From: Patescibacteria group bacterium UBA4787
GTDB taxonomy: Bacteria > Patescibacteriota > Patescibacteriia > UBA2591 > UBA4787
Assembly (NCBI GenBank): GCA_002402995.1
Contig: DHGX01000004.1
Location: 85,186-149,185, forward strand
Length of the DNA stretch: 64,000 nucleotides
Direction of reading: 5' to 3'
Below, piece after piece: positions 19,165 to 28,650 of this stretch. A program made the translations under genes and the position numbers. How positions within the stretch are numbered: position 1 is the stretch's first letter; each line of letters begins with the position of its first letter. The notes under the pieces were generated by a model. It worked only from the letters and a program-made list of their open reading frames with translations. It was not told where the DNA came from and did no database searches.

Positions 19165-19187
19165 TATGTTTGTTTCGTTTGTCCTTT

Positions 19188-19586
19188 TTATTTCAGAGTG
19201 ACCTTGCCTCCGGCTTCCTCTATTTTCTTTTTCATTTCTTCGGCTTCTTCTTTGCCAATCCCCTCTTTTATAACCCTCGGCGCAGCGTCAACTATATCTT
19301 TGGATTCTTTCAAGCCGAACTGGGTTATTTCGCGAACTGCTTTAATAACGGCGATTTTATTTCCGCCGGCTTCAGTTAATTCTACATTGAAAGAGCTTTT
19401 TTCCTCTTCTTCTTTGGGGCCCTCGGTAGCACCGGTCGCAACAGCCATCACCGGCGCTTGGGTAGAAACACCAAAATAATCTTCTAGTGTTTTGATTAAT
19501 TCAGCCAAATCCAAGACTGACATTTTTTCCACCATTTCAATAAAATCTTTAAACTTAGCCGGTATTGGTTTTTTTTCTTCGCTCAT
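19188..19586 (-). CDS. rplL: 50S ribosomal protein L7/L12
   Basis: 132 aa with the characteristic alanine-rich hinge and a C-terminal KVIKAVREIT..GLKEAKDLVD-like domain. Confidence 0.95.
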   Translation of the reverse strand: MSEEKKPIPAKFKDFIEMVEKMSVLDLAELIKTLEDYFGVSTQAPVMAVATGATEGPKEEEEKSSFNVELTEAGGNKIAVIKAVREITQFGLKESKDIVDAAPRVIKEGIGKEEAEEMKKKIEEAGGKVTLK

Positions 19587-19608
19587 AATATTTTAGTTAT
19601 TTAATTTA

Positions 19609-20112
19609 TTAAACTATTGCTTCTTTCTTTGATTTTAAACTATTTAAACCGTAGACTAGGGCAGAAATCGGCGCTTTAAGCGTCCAAACCAATTGAGTTA
19701 GAAGTTCTTGTTTAGAAGGTATCTTAGCTAATTGTCTAATCATTGCTTCGTCTATCAGTTTTCCTTCGAGTAAGCCGCCGGTGATTTTAATTTTTTCATT
19801 AGTTTTGGCAAAAGTGGCTACAATTTTAGCCGGTGTTACTTCGTCGCCAAAACCGAAAACAATACCCAAACCCCCGCTTAATTTTTTAATATCAATATCT
19901 TTCAACCCCGCTTTCTTAAGGGCCATATTCATTAAGGTCTTTTTCGTCACCACGTACTCGCAATTCTCGGCATTTCGCACCGCCTTTCTTAGAGTATTGA
20001 TATCTTTGACCGGCAAGCCGTAATAATCAACGATAACCGCGCTTTTCATTTTCTTCAGGGCGCTCTCTATCTGGTTTAAAATATTTTGTTTTTGTGCTTT
20101 TGTTTTAGCCAT
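19609..20112 (-). CDS. rplJ: 50S ribosomal protein L10
   Basis: 167 aa L10 fold, immediately upstream of rplL. Confidence 0.95.
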   Translation of the reverse strand: MAKTKAQKQNILNQIESALKKMKSAVIVDYYGLPVKDINTLRKAVRNAENCEYVVTKKTLMNMALKKAGLKDIDIKKLSGGLGIVFGFGDEVTPAKIVATFAKTNEKIKITGGLLEGKLIDEAMIRQLAKIPSKQELLTQLVWTLKAPISALVYGLNSLKSKKEAIV

Positions 20113-20137
20113 ATTTTTTGTTTAGCATTTTTTATTA

Positions 20138-20160
20138 ATTAAAAAATCTGCGTTTAACCG
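20138..20160 (-). promoter_or_regulatory. stem-loop plus U-run in the rplJ leader (possible attenuator/terminator)
   Basis: TCTGCGTTTAACCGCAGA hairpin with T and A runs on either side, 26 nt upstream of the rplJ start. Confidence 0.3.
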
Positions 20161-20351
20161 CAGAAAAAATTAAAACCTCGATAGGCACAAATTAAGTTCT
20201 TTTCGAACACCTATTTTCTACGGTTAAGTAAAAATATTATACATAACTAATTTACCAACGTCAATAGTTTATCCACTCCGACGCTCTGGCTCGCCTCGAT
20301 TCGGCGAAGCGGGTCGGAGTCCCGATCGTCGGGGTTGACGTCGGGGCAGAA

Positions 20352-21041
20352 CTAATGAATTAAAGTGCCAATGAATTTCTTTCCTTTTAAAAATCTTTTT
20401 AAATTTTTTAAATTGTGACCGTTTAAAACTCCGACCCTAAGATGATTCCTTTGGGCTAATCGCGAGGCAATCGGATCAAAAGGAGTATTCAAACGAGGCG
20501 TCCAATCTTTGGGGATAATCTTTCTATAATCAGACCAAGAAATTTTTTTTAATGGCTTAGCTTTTGGATTTTTAGATGGATCGCTGTCATAAACATGGTT
20601 GATGTCTGTTAGATTAATTACTAAATCGGCGTTGATATTTTTGGCCCACCATACGGCATTTTTATCAGTAGAACAACCGGGCCGCCAGCCAGAAGCAATA
20701 ATAATCTTTTTATCGGTTTTTATTTTTGTATGCGGATTGGCAACAACATTTTTATGGGCCATTTCGCCAAAAATTAGACGAACCAATTCGGCATTAATCT
20801 TTGTTATTTTAATACCCAGCCAATCCAATTCATTATTTGGACAGTTTTTGGTTAATTTTTTTACGGCGAAATTATATTTTTTATTGGTATATCCCCCGCC
20901 CACCACAACAATAAGGCGTTGATAATTGGATAAAATTTGCAAAATAAATCGTTTAAATTGTTTTAAAAAGCCAATATTTATCTCGTTTGGCACAACAATT
21001 GAACCGCCCAAAGAAATGATTAATTTTCTGTCATTTGACAT
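20352..21041 (-). CDS. pyrH: UMP kinase, archaeal-type (amino acid kinase family)
   Basis: 229 aa with LIISLGGSIV and VVVGGG motifs and a length typical of archaeal-type uridylate kinases. Confidence 0.65.
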   Translation of the reverse strand: MSNDRKLIISLGGSIVVPNEINIGFLKQFKRFILQILSNYQRLIVVVGGGYTNKKYNFAVKKLTKNCPNNELDWLGIKITKINAELVRLIFGEMAHKNVVANPHTKIKTDKKIIIASGWRPGCSTDKNAVWWAKNINADLVINLTDINHVYDSDPSKNPKAKPLKKISWSDYRKIIPKDWTPRLNTPFDPIASRLAQRNHLRVGVLNGHNLKNLKRFLKGKKFIGTLIH

Positions 21042-21101
21042 AATATTTAGTTCTTATATGATAAGCAAAGAAGATATTTAATTATATTTTTATATTCGAA
21101 G

Positions 21102-21356
21102 ATGGAAAACTTTGAACCAAACAACGACGAGATAGTTGAGAGAATTGAAAGATCGTTGGGGATAGAAGAAGAATTAGACGGTGAACTCAGAAATTTGCCT
21201 GGCGTTAAACGCGAACAACGACATCAGAAAGGAAAAAAATATTCTCCTGATAGCGGAACATTGGGGGGCCAGACGCAGAGAATGAAAGATAATAGGTTTT
21301 ATCAGGGAAGTCGACCAAGAAAGAAAATAGAGATCATCATAAAAGACAAGAAATAG
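21102..21356 (+). CDS. hypothetical small charged protein
   Basis: 84 aa ORF isolated in a 320-nt gap between minus-strand genes. Support is low. Confidence 0.25.
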   Translation: MENFEPNNDEIVERIERSLGIEEELDGELRNLPGVKREQRHQKGKKYSPDSGTLGGQTQRMKDNRFYQGSRPRKKIEIIIKDKK

Positions 21357-21362
21357 ATTTTT

Positions 21363-23102
21363 CTACATTTCATTTAATGTTTCGATGCCTAAAATATCGA
21401 GACCATTTTTTATTACCCAAGCAACAGCCGTTATTAAAGATAATCTTGAATTTAAAAGTTTCTCGTTTCCTGTTTCAAGAATTTGGTGTTTATGATAAAA
21501 AACATTAAATAATTGCGCTAATCGTATCAAATAATTAGATAAAATAGCGGGATTATATTCTGTCATTGATTTGGCTAGAATTTTTTGGAAGATAAATAGG
21601 TTTTTAATTAATTCCCTTTCCTCTTTTTCTTGGAGATTGGCTAAATTTATGTCTTTTGGGTCGATTCTATTGACGGGGGCTTTTCTAATAACACTTTGGA
21701 TTCTGGCGTAAGCGTATAAAAGATATGGTCCTGTAGCGCCTTCAAATGAAATTGATTCTTCGGGGTTAAATTTTATTTCTTGGGCCGGCGTAAACTTCAA
21801 AAAGAAAAATTTTAAAGCGGTCAAAGCAATGATTTTGCTGCGTCCGGAAAGATCAATCGGCGAAACATTTGGATTGCGCTTAAGAATTTCTCCTTTGGCC
21901 AATGATTCCATCTCTACAATAATATCATCGATTTCAATTACCGTCCCTTCTCTTGATTTCATATTTCCGCTTGGCAGGTTAACCATGCCGTAAGAAAAAT
22001 GTTCGTAATTTTTAGCCCAAGAAAAACCGAATATCTCTAAAATTTTGAAGAGTACTCGAAAATGATAATCTTGCTCGGAGGCCACCACATGAATTGATTT
22101 GGCCGGCTTAAAATCATTATATTTCAATTTAGCTAAACCAATATCTTGAGTAACATAAACGCTAGTTCCATCGGCTCTAATTAAAATTTTTTTATCCATT
22201 CCATATGGCTCAAGATTGATTTGTACGGCCCCGTCCGGCAATTTTTCGCACAAACCTTTCTTTAATGCTTTTAAAACAATGTCTTTGCCTGTTTTATATA
22301 TTTCGCTTTCGTAATAAACCTTATCGAAAGAGATATTCAATCTGCGATAAGTTTCTTCAATGCCCGATATAGCCCAATGGTTCATTTTCTGCCAAAGATG
22401 GATGGTATCCTGATCGCCCTGTTCCCATTTTTGCAGTAATTCTTGAGCTTCGCGCATTAACGAAGGATTTTCTTTTGCTTTTTGGTCAAATAAAACATAA
22501 TAATCGCCGACGAGATGATCGCCTTTTTTATTTTCCGTTTCAGGAGTTTTATTGTCGCCCCATTTTTGATAAGCCAGCATCGATTTGCAAATATGGATGC
22601 CGCGATCATTGATCAAATTTAATTTTATAGACTTAACGCCATTTCTTATAAATAGGTTATTCATCGCGTTGCCCAAGAGCGTATTTCTAAGATGGCCGAG
22701 ATGAAGCGGCTTGTTAGTATTGGGCGCCGAAAATTCAATTATATATTTATCACTTTTTGATTTTATTTTTAAAGAACCGAAATCTTGTTCTTTCTCCAGT
22801 ATCTCTTTAAGAATCGCATTGATGAAAATTTCAGAATTAAATCTAAAATTTACATAGGGGCCGACCGCTTCAGCAAATTCAATCAGATCGTTTTCTACTT
22901 TGAGTTTCTCGGCAATTTTTGAGGCAATAGAATCCGGTGATTCTTTCAAGGTTTTTGCCAGAGAGAAGCAAGCCAAAGATAAATCTCCTAATTCTTTATT
23001 CGGCGGCAGATCAAAGTCAAAAATAAAATCTTTAGGAACATCTTTAAGTGTTTCTAATGCCAAGTCTCTGATCCTATCTTCTAGTTTATTAACATCGGAC
23101 AT
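21363..23102 (-). CDS. argS: arginyl-tRNA synthetase
   Basis: 579 aa class I aaRS with the HIGH-type motif (PLHLGHLRNT) and a C-terminal DALR anticodon-binding region. Confidence 0.9.
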   Translation of the reverse strand: MSDVNKLEDRIRDLALETLKDVPKDFIFDFDLPPNKELGDLSLACFSLAKTLKESPDSIASKIAEKLKVENDLIEFAEAVGPYVNFRFNSEIFINAILKEILEKEQDFGSLKIKSKSDKYIIEFSAPNTNKPLHLGHLRNTLLGNAMNNLFIRNGVKSIKLNLINDRGIHICKSMLAYQKWGDNKTPETENKKGDHLVGDYYVLFDQKAKENPSLMREAQELLQKWEQGDQDTIHLWQKMNHWAISGIEETYRRLNISFDKVYYESEIYKTGKDIVLKALKKGLCEKLPDGAVQINLEPYGMDKKILIRADGTSVYVTQDIGLAKLKYNDFKPAKSIHVVASEQDYHFRVLFKILEIFGFSWAKNYEHFSYGMVNLPSGNMKSREGTVIEIDDIIVEMESLAKGEILKRNPNVSPIDLSGRSKIIALTALKFFFLKFTPAQEIKFNPEESISFEGATGPYLLYAYARIQSVIRKAPVNRIDPKDINLANLQEKEERELIKNLFIFQKILAKSMTEYNPAILSNYLIRLAQLFNVFYHKHQILETGNEKLLNSRLSLITAVAWVIKNGLDILGIETLNEM

Positions 23103-23256
23103 AAATAAAGACTATTAATTTTTTTGTTGACCCCGTAGAAGAATTTCGACCCTTCTTCACAAGCGCTATTTAGATTAAGAGTGAACTTATTGAGTAAAAT
23201 ATTTAGGTGGCAAAAACTATATTATATATAATAAACCGAAGGAAAACAGAGCGTTA

Positions 23257-23922
23257 TCAAAGTCCTCTACGGGTTGAAAGCGCTTTTGAGATCGTAGCGC
23301 CAAATTCTTCGGATGCTTGCGGTCCGTTAGCTGTGATAATATTTCCGCTAATCACCACTTCGGTGTCAATAAAAACTGCTCCGGCTCTTGTTAAATATTT
23401 AATCATTGACTCCTTGTCGGATGGATCGGTCCAAATAGTGGCATTTTGTCCATTAAGAACGCCGGCATTAGCTAAAATAGCAGGAGCGATACAGATAGCT
23501 CCCAATATTTTATTTTTATTTATAGCTGTTTTGGCTATTTGATGAGCGGTAGGATTATCAAAAAAAGTTCGCGCGCCTGGACCGCCGATAAAAATAATAG
23601 CATCATATAAATCAACATTTAAATCATCTAGTGTATGCACTATATCGACCGTTAATTCGCCGCTCTTGCTTTGCGCTTTTCCTATTTTGGTAGAAAAAAT
23701 TTCTATTTTGGCGCCAAATTTTTCTAAGACATTTTTTATTTTTGAATATTCTTGATCTTGGAAACCCTGAAAAGCAATAATTTCGGCAACGCGATATGAC
23801 TTTTTCTCCATATTCTTGGTAATTAATTTATTGTTAACGACGCAGCCAGAAAAGACGAATGAAGCCAATAATAAAAATATTAATAATAATTTAAGATTTT
23901 TTGCTTTCATTATTTTTATCAA
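23257..23922 (-). CDS. DJ-1/PfpI family protein (lipoprotein-like N-terminus)
   Basis: 221 aa with the class I glutamine-amidotransferase-like nucleophile elbow (AICIAP) and an N-terminal signal with FSGC. Confidence 0.7.
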   Translation of the reverse strand: MIKIMKAKNLKLLLIFLLLASFVFSGCVVNNKLITKNMEKKSYRVAEIIAFQGFQDQEYSKIKNVLEKFGAKIEIFSTKIGKAQSKSGELTVDIVHTLDDLNVDLYDAIIFIGGPGARTFFDNPTAHQIAKTAINKNKILGAICIAPAILANAGVLNGQNATIWTDPSDKESMIKYLTRAGAVFIDTEVVISGNIITANGPQASEEFGATISKALSTRRGL

Positions 23923-24778
23923 TTAATTTGACTTGATCTAACGGGAAATCTAGCAATCCTTCGTTTTCTAATCCGACAGTAATAATCTGCTTTAAAATTT
24001 GTCGACTGACGACTCGTCCCCTCCCTTTATCGGTATTAACCATACTGTTAATTGGCGGCATTTTATTTATAATTTCTTTATATTGTTCTTCTTCGTAAGC
24101 TAAACAGCATTTTAATCTGCCACAGACACCTGATAAGCGATCAATGCCGCGATGCGCAATTTGTTGATCAAAAATAAGCTCTGTGCCCACATTACCTAAT
24201 TTTTTTAGAAAACTAAAGCAACATAATGAATTGCCGCACGGACCTACATCACCCTTTAATTCTAATTCTTGTCTTTTACCTAACTGATGGAGGCGGATAG
24301 ATTTATGAAATTCTTTAGCTAAATCTCTAACGAGATTGCGAAAATCAACGCGATTATTGGCCGTGAAAGCAAACGTTATTCGCCCGCCATCGTAAGAAGT
24401 CATCACGTCAATTAATTTCATTGACAATTTGTATTTTCTAATCAGAGAATTGCATTTTTCTAATAATTCATTTTTTGATTCTAATTTTTTTTGATTTTTC
24501 TCGAGGTCTTCGGTCGAAGCTTTATGAAGCACAAACTTTAATTCAAAATCTTCTTCTATGTCATCGTTTTCTTTTTTAACAGTTGACGCCGAGATTGATT
24601 TGTCCTCTTCGCAATTTTCAATTTTAACAATCTTTAGAAGATCAATGCCACTACCGATTTTAGCAACAATAAAATCACCGACTAAAAAATCGTTGGGGTC
24701 TATAAGCTTACCGCCAGAGAATTGAGTAAATTCCTGGATTTTATCCCATGGCGCTAATTGAGCCAGAAGAATAATCAT
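23891..24778 (-). CDS. PSP1 C-terminal domain protein (RicT/YaaT-like)
   Basis: 295 aa with the cysteine motifs GPCGNSLCC and GRLKCCL typical of the PSP1/RicT family. Confidence 0.65.
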   Translation of the reverse strand: MIILLAQLAPWDKIQEFTQFSGGKLIDPNDFLVGDFIVAKIGSGIDLLKIVKIENCEEDKSISASTVKKENDDIEEDFELKFVLHKASTEDLEKNQKKLESKNELLEKCNSLIRKYKLSMKLIDVMTSYDGGRITFAFTANNRVDFRNLVRDLAKEFHKSIRLHQLGKRQELELKGDVGPCGNSLCCFSFLKKLGNVGTELIFDQQIAHRGIDRLSGVCGRLKCCLAYEEEQYKEIINKMPPINSMVNTDKGRGRVVSRQILKQIITVGLENEGLLDFPLDQVKLIDKNNESKKS

Positions 24779-24814
24779 CGGTTTATATATTTAATTGATC
24801 GTCATTTTTAGAAT

Positions 24815-25411
24815 TTACGACAAAGAATAGCGTACGAATCTTTGAATTTTGATATTTTCTCCAATCGCGGCGATTTTACCGGTCAATAATTGTTCTATAG
24901 TGATAGTCGTATCTTTGATAAATGCCTGTTTCAACAAACAGGTTTCGGAAAAAAACTTTTCTAATTTACCGTTGATAATTTTTTCTTTGATTTCTTCCGA
25001 CTCCTTGTCTTCTTTTAATTCTTCGCGATAAATTCTTTTTTCCTGTTCAATGATTTCTATGGGCACTTCGTTGGGAGAAACCCAAAAGGGATTAGTGGCG
25101 GCAATTTGCATGGAGATGTCATGAACAAAATCTTTAAAATTATCAGTGCGAGCAACAAAATCAGTTTCGCACAAAACTTCCACTAAAACCCCAAGCTTTT
25201 GATTAGAGTGTATATACGAATTGATCGCGCCTTCTTTTGTAACGCGAGCCTGCTTATTAAACGCAATTTTTTGTCCCTTCTTTCTTAAAATCTCTAAAGC
25301 TTGATTTAAATCGTTGTTGGCTTCTTTCAAAGCATCTTTACAATCATTAACGCCCGCTCCGCTTAATTCTCTTAATTCTTTTATTTTTTTAGTGTCTAGC
25401 TGTTGTCCCAT
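24815..25411 (-). CDS. tsf: elongation factor Ts
   Basis: KELRELSGAGVNDCKDAL is the UBA-like EF-Ts N-terminus. The start is placed at the internal Met (MGQQLD), which avoids an overlap with rpsB. Confidence 0.85.
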   Translation of the reverse strand: MGQQLDTKKIKELRELSGAGVNDCKDALKEANNDLNQALEILRKKGQKIAFNKQARVTKEGAINSYIHSNQKLGVLVEVLCETDFVARTDNFKDFVHDISMQIAATNPFWVSPNEVPIEIIEQEKRIYREELKEDKESEEIKEKIINGKLEKFFSETCLLKQAFIKDTTITIEQLLTGKIAAIGENIKIQRFVRYSLS

Positions 25412-25430
25412 ATCATTTATATAAAATAAA

Positions 25431-26132
25431 TTAAGCTTTCGCTCTTTTTTTAAGAGCAGTTTGAACAACGTCGGATAAATAATTAGTAATTAAGTTAATG
25501 GTCTTGGTAGAATCGTCATTCGCCGGGATGGGATAATCAACAAAATTAGGATTAGCGTTGGTATCTACTATACCGACAGTGGAAATCTTGGCTCGCTCCG
25601 CCTCCTTAAGGGTAGTTGATTCTTTTCTAATATCAATAATAAAAATGACCTGCGGCAACCGTTCCAGATTTCTTAAACCCCCGACTGTTTTTTGTAATTT
25701 TTGCAATAACCTCTCTTTTAGTAATCTTTCTTTCTTAGTGTATTTAGTGTCCCACTCGCCGGAATCTTTTTCTTTTTCCAGCCTCTTCATTTTGTTTATT
25801 GTATTAGAGATAGCCGTAAAATTAGTTAATGTGCCGCCTAACCATCTTTCAACAACGAAAGGCATGTTAGTAGCCATAGCAACCTTTTTAATGGCCTCGT
25901 ACGCGGCCGGTTTTGTACCAACGAACAAAACGTTACCGCCTTTGGCTATAATTTCAGACAAAAAATCTCCTGCCGCCTTAAGCTGTTCAACAGTTTTCTC
26001 TAAATTAATAAGATGAATAGTATTTTTCGTGCTATGGATAAAGGGTAGCATTTTGGGGTGTCTTTTGCTAACATGATGGCCTAAATGGGCTCCGGCTTTA
26101 AAAAGCTCTAAAACTGTGGGGACTTGAGTCAT
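25431..26132 (-). CDS. rpsB: 30S ribosomal protein S2
   Basis: 233 aa with a conserved S2 N-terminus (LFKAGAHLGHHVSKRHPKM) and the usual rpsB-tsf arrangement. Confidence 0.95.
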   Translation of the reverse strand: MTQVPTVLELFKAGAHLGHHVSKRHPKMLPFIHSTKNTIHLINLEKTVEQLKAAGDFLSEIIAKGGNVLFVGTKPAAYEAIKKVAMATNMPFVVERWLGGTLTNFTAISNTINKMKRLEKEKDSGEWDTKYTKKERLLKERLLQKLQKTVGGLRNLERLPQVIFIIDIRKESTTLKEAERAKISTVGIVDTNANPNFVDYPIPANDDSTKTINLITNYLSDVVQTALKKRAKA

Positions 26133-26198
26133 AATAAGAATTTTTATTGTATTTAATATTAAAATTAAGTGTATTTATTATATTCTATAATAATCCAC

Positions 26199-26226
26199 TT
26201 GTCAAAAAAAATCAAGCTGTTAAAAT
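26199..26226 (+). promoter_or_regulatory. putative promoter of rpmE
   Basis: TTGTCA -16 nt- TAAAAT, 12 nt upstream of the rpmE ATG. Confidence 0.35.
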
Positions 26227-26237
26227 AATTATCACTT

Positions 26238-26525
26238 ATGAAAAAAGATACACACCCAACTTATTATTCGGGGGCTAAAATTATTTGTGCCTGCGGAAAT
26301 ACTATTAATAGCGGTTCTACCGTTGAAGAAATGCATGTGGAAATTTGTTCCAAGTGCCATCCTTTTTATACTGGCAAACAAAAATTAATCGATACCGGCG
26401 GTCGAATTGAAAGATTCAGAAAATTAATTGAAAAAAAATCCGCGAAGAAACAGATAAAATCGAAAACGATAGCCGCAAAACTCACTACAAAAAAAGGTAA
26501 AAACAAAACTAATAAAGGACATTAG
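26238..26525 (+). CDS. rpmE: 50S ribosomal protein L31
   Basis: [10 protein letters not shown]... with the C..C...C..C zinc-ribbon arrangement of L31. Confidence 0.9.
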   Translation: MKKDTHPTYYSGAKIICACGNTINSGSTVEEMHVEICSKCHPFYTGKQKLIDTGGRIERFRKLIEKKSAKKQIKSKTIAAKLTTKKGKNKTNKGH

Positions 26526-26588
26526 TCCTTTGTTGTTTGTGCTCACTCACCCGCCTAAATTTTTTAAAAAAACTTTGGCGGGTTTCGT

Positions 26589-27689
26589 TTGTTTGATAAT
26601 AGCGGTTCTATTTATATTATGAATTTACCAAACTTAAAAAATCTTAGAGATAAATTAATTAATCTGGAGCGCGAGTTGCAAGCCCCGGGAATTTTGTCAT
26701 TCTCAGAAAAATTAACAGAAACATCACGCGAATATAATAGGACTAAAGAATTAGTAGATCTGTTAGAAAAGATAGAAAATATTAAACAAAAAATAGAGGA
26801 ATTAGAAATTTTTTCGAAAACCGAAGAAGGCGCTGAACTTTTAGAAATTGCGCAAACAGAAAAAAACGAACTTTTTAGAGAAAAAGAAAAAATAGAAAAT
26901 GAGCTGAAAGAATTTTTGTCCGAGAAAAGCATTATCGAATCAAAAAATGTCATTATGGAAATCCGCGCCGGCACAGGAGGAGACGAAGCTTCTTTGTTCG
27001 CTGCTAATCTTTTTAGAATGTATAGTCTTTTTGCTGATCATAATGGTTGGCGAACAGAAATCTTAAATGCCAGCCGAACAGACCTTAATGGTTTTAAAGA
27101 AGTTGTTTTTAGAATTGAAGGAAAAAATGCTTATAAATATTTAAAGTATGAGAGCGGAGTTCATCGCGTGCAGCGCGTTCCCGAGACAGAAAAGAACGGA
27201 CGCGTTCACACCTCTACGGCTACCGTAGCGGTTTTGCCGGAAGCAACGGACGTTGACATCAAGATCAAAAACGAAGATTTAAAAATCGAAACTTTTCGAT
27301 CAGGCGGACATGGCGGACAAAATGTACAAAAAGTGGAAACAGCTGTTAGAATCGTTCACCTGCCTACCGGTTTAGTGGTGAGCTGCCAAGACGAAAGATC
27401 TCAATTTAAAAACAAAGAAAAAGCTTTTAAAATATTACAATCCAGGCTTTTAGTCTTAATGGAAGAAAAAAAACATAAAGAACGCGCCGACGAGAGACGC
27501 TCGCAAATCGGTAGCGCCGAGCGTTGCGAAAAAACTAGAACTTATAATTTCTCGCAAGACAGAATTACCGATCATCGCTTCAACATCAGCTGGCACAATA
27601 TCAACGATTTTATGAACGGTAACATTAAAAATGCCATTGAAGAGTTACAAAAATCAGATGAAGATAAAAGAAGCGTTAATTTGGGCTAA
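26589..27689 (+). CDS. prfA: peptide chain release factor 1
   Basis: 366 aa with the GGQ motif (RSGGHGGQNVQKVETAVR) and an RF1-type domain. The start may instead be the Met at 26619. Confidence 0.9.
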   Translation: MFDNSGSIYIMNLPNLKNLRDKLINLERELQAPGILSFSEKLTETSREYNRTKELVDLLEKIENIKQKIEELEIFSKTEEGAELLEIAQTEKNELFREKEKIENELKEFLSEKSIIESKNVIMEIRAGTGGDEASLFAANLFRMYSLFADHNGWRTEILNASRTDLNGFKEVVFRIEGKNAYKYLKYESGVHRVQRVPETEKNGRVHTSTATVAVLPEATDVDIKIKNEDLKIETFRSGGHGGQNVQKVETAVRIVHLPTGLVVSCQDERSQFKNKEKAFKILQSRLLVLMEEKKHKERADERRSQIGSAERCEKTRTYNFSQDRITDHRFNISWHNINDFMNGNIKNAIEELQKSDEDKRSVNLG

Positions 27690-28536
27690 AAAAGAATTAA
27701 AACATAAAAAAATAGAATCTTGGATGTTAGAAGCCGAGATTATCTTGGCTTATATTGTAAAAGACACCAAAGAATATTTGTATGCACATCCAGAAGATGA
27801 ATTAAATAAAAAACAAGAAGCTGGGTTTAGAAAATTAATCCAAAAAAGATTAACTGGTTGGCCAACTCCCTATTTAATCAAACATAGGGAATTTTTTGGT
27901 TTAAATCTTTTTGTTAACCAAAAAGTTTTAATTCCTAGGCAAGCAACTGAATCAATTATTGAGTATATTTTAGAAAATTATAGATTAGACACAAATTCAA
28001 AAATTTTAGAAATAGGAACCGGTTCCGGTTGTATTATAGTTACCTTGGGAAAACTCTTCCCTGTCGCTAAAATTACAGCCGTAGATATCTCTAAATCAGC
28101 GCTAAAGATCGCTGAATTAAATGCTAAAAATAATGTGGTTAGAAATATTAAATTCAGACAAAGCAATTTATTTAACAAAATTAAAGGAAGATTTGATATA
28201 ATTATTGCTAATTTGCCGTATCTTTCGCCGGCCAAAAGCAAAACAATCAAATATGAACCTGTCGTGGCTTTAAACGGCGGCAAGCAAGGGCTGGAAATTA
28301 TAAAAAGATTTTTGTTCCAAGCTCCAAATTTTTTAACACCAAAAGGTAAGATAATTATTGAAATCTCGCCTACTCAAAAAAATGCTCTTATAAAATTTAT
28401 AAAAAAACAACTTACCGATTATCATTTTAATATCGAAATTAGAAAAGACTTATCCATAAAAGATAGATTGGTGATTATAACTGCTTCGCAGTTGAAATTG
28501 GGGCGCCCCACTTCGCCGGAGCTCTCGCCGCGCTAA
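27631..28536 (+). CDS. prmC: release factor glutamine methyltransferase PrmC (HemK)
   Basis: A SAM-binding motif (ILEIGTGSGCI) and an NPPY-like motif (NLPY) lie downstream of prfA. The last ~15 codons (LKLGRPTSPELSPR) are encoded by repeat B3, so the native stop is uncertain. Confidence 0.8.
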   Translation: MPLKSYKNQMKIKEALIWAKKELKHKKIESWMLEAEIILAYIVKDTKEYLYAHPEDELNKKQEAGFRKLIQKRLTGWPTPYLIKHREFFGLNLFVNQKVLIPRQATESIIEYILENYRLDTNSKILEIGTGSGCIIVTLGKLFPVAKITAVDISKSALKIAELNAKNNVVRNIKFRQSNLFNKIKGRFDIIIANLPYLSPAKSKTIKYEPVVALNGGKQGLEIIKRFLFQAPNFLTPKGKIIIEISPTQKNALIKFIKKQLTDYHFNIEIRKDLSIKDRLVIITASQLKLGRPTSPELSPR

Positions 28537-28619
28537 CGCGTTGGCGTAGCGGGTCAGCGAGGCGAGTCGGAATCAAATCAAAAGAAGACTTTTATTTGAC
28601 ATCCTCGCTACCAACCATA
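28476..28619 (+). repeat. family B repeat, copy B3 (long form with GC-rich insert)
   Basis: It overlaps the prmC 3' end. It is the only B copy not placed upstream of a gene start, lying between convergent genes. Confidence 0.8.
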
Positions 28620-28650
28620 AGTCGTAAATAATATACAGGAATAATGTCCT

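Noticed and set aside
25558-26016. 152-aa plus-strand ORF antisense to rpsB
   Set aside because: It is fully nested antisense in a highly conserved ribosomal protein gene.
28490-28536. C-terminal 15 residues of PrmC (…LKLGRPTSPELSPR) as a genuine protein tail
   Set aside because: The sequence is encoded by repeat B3 (the same GC-rich insert as in B2 and B5). The extension is an insertion artefact, and the native stop is likely lost or shifted.
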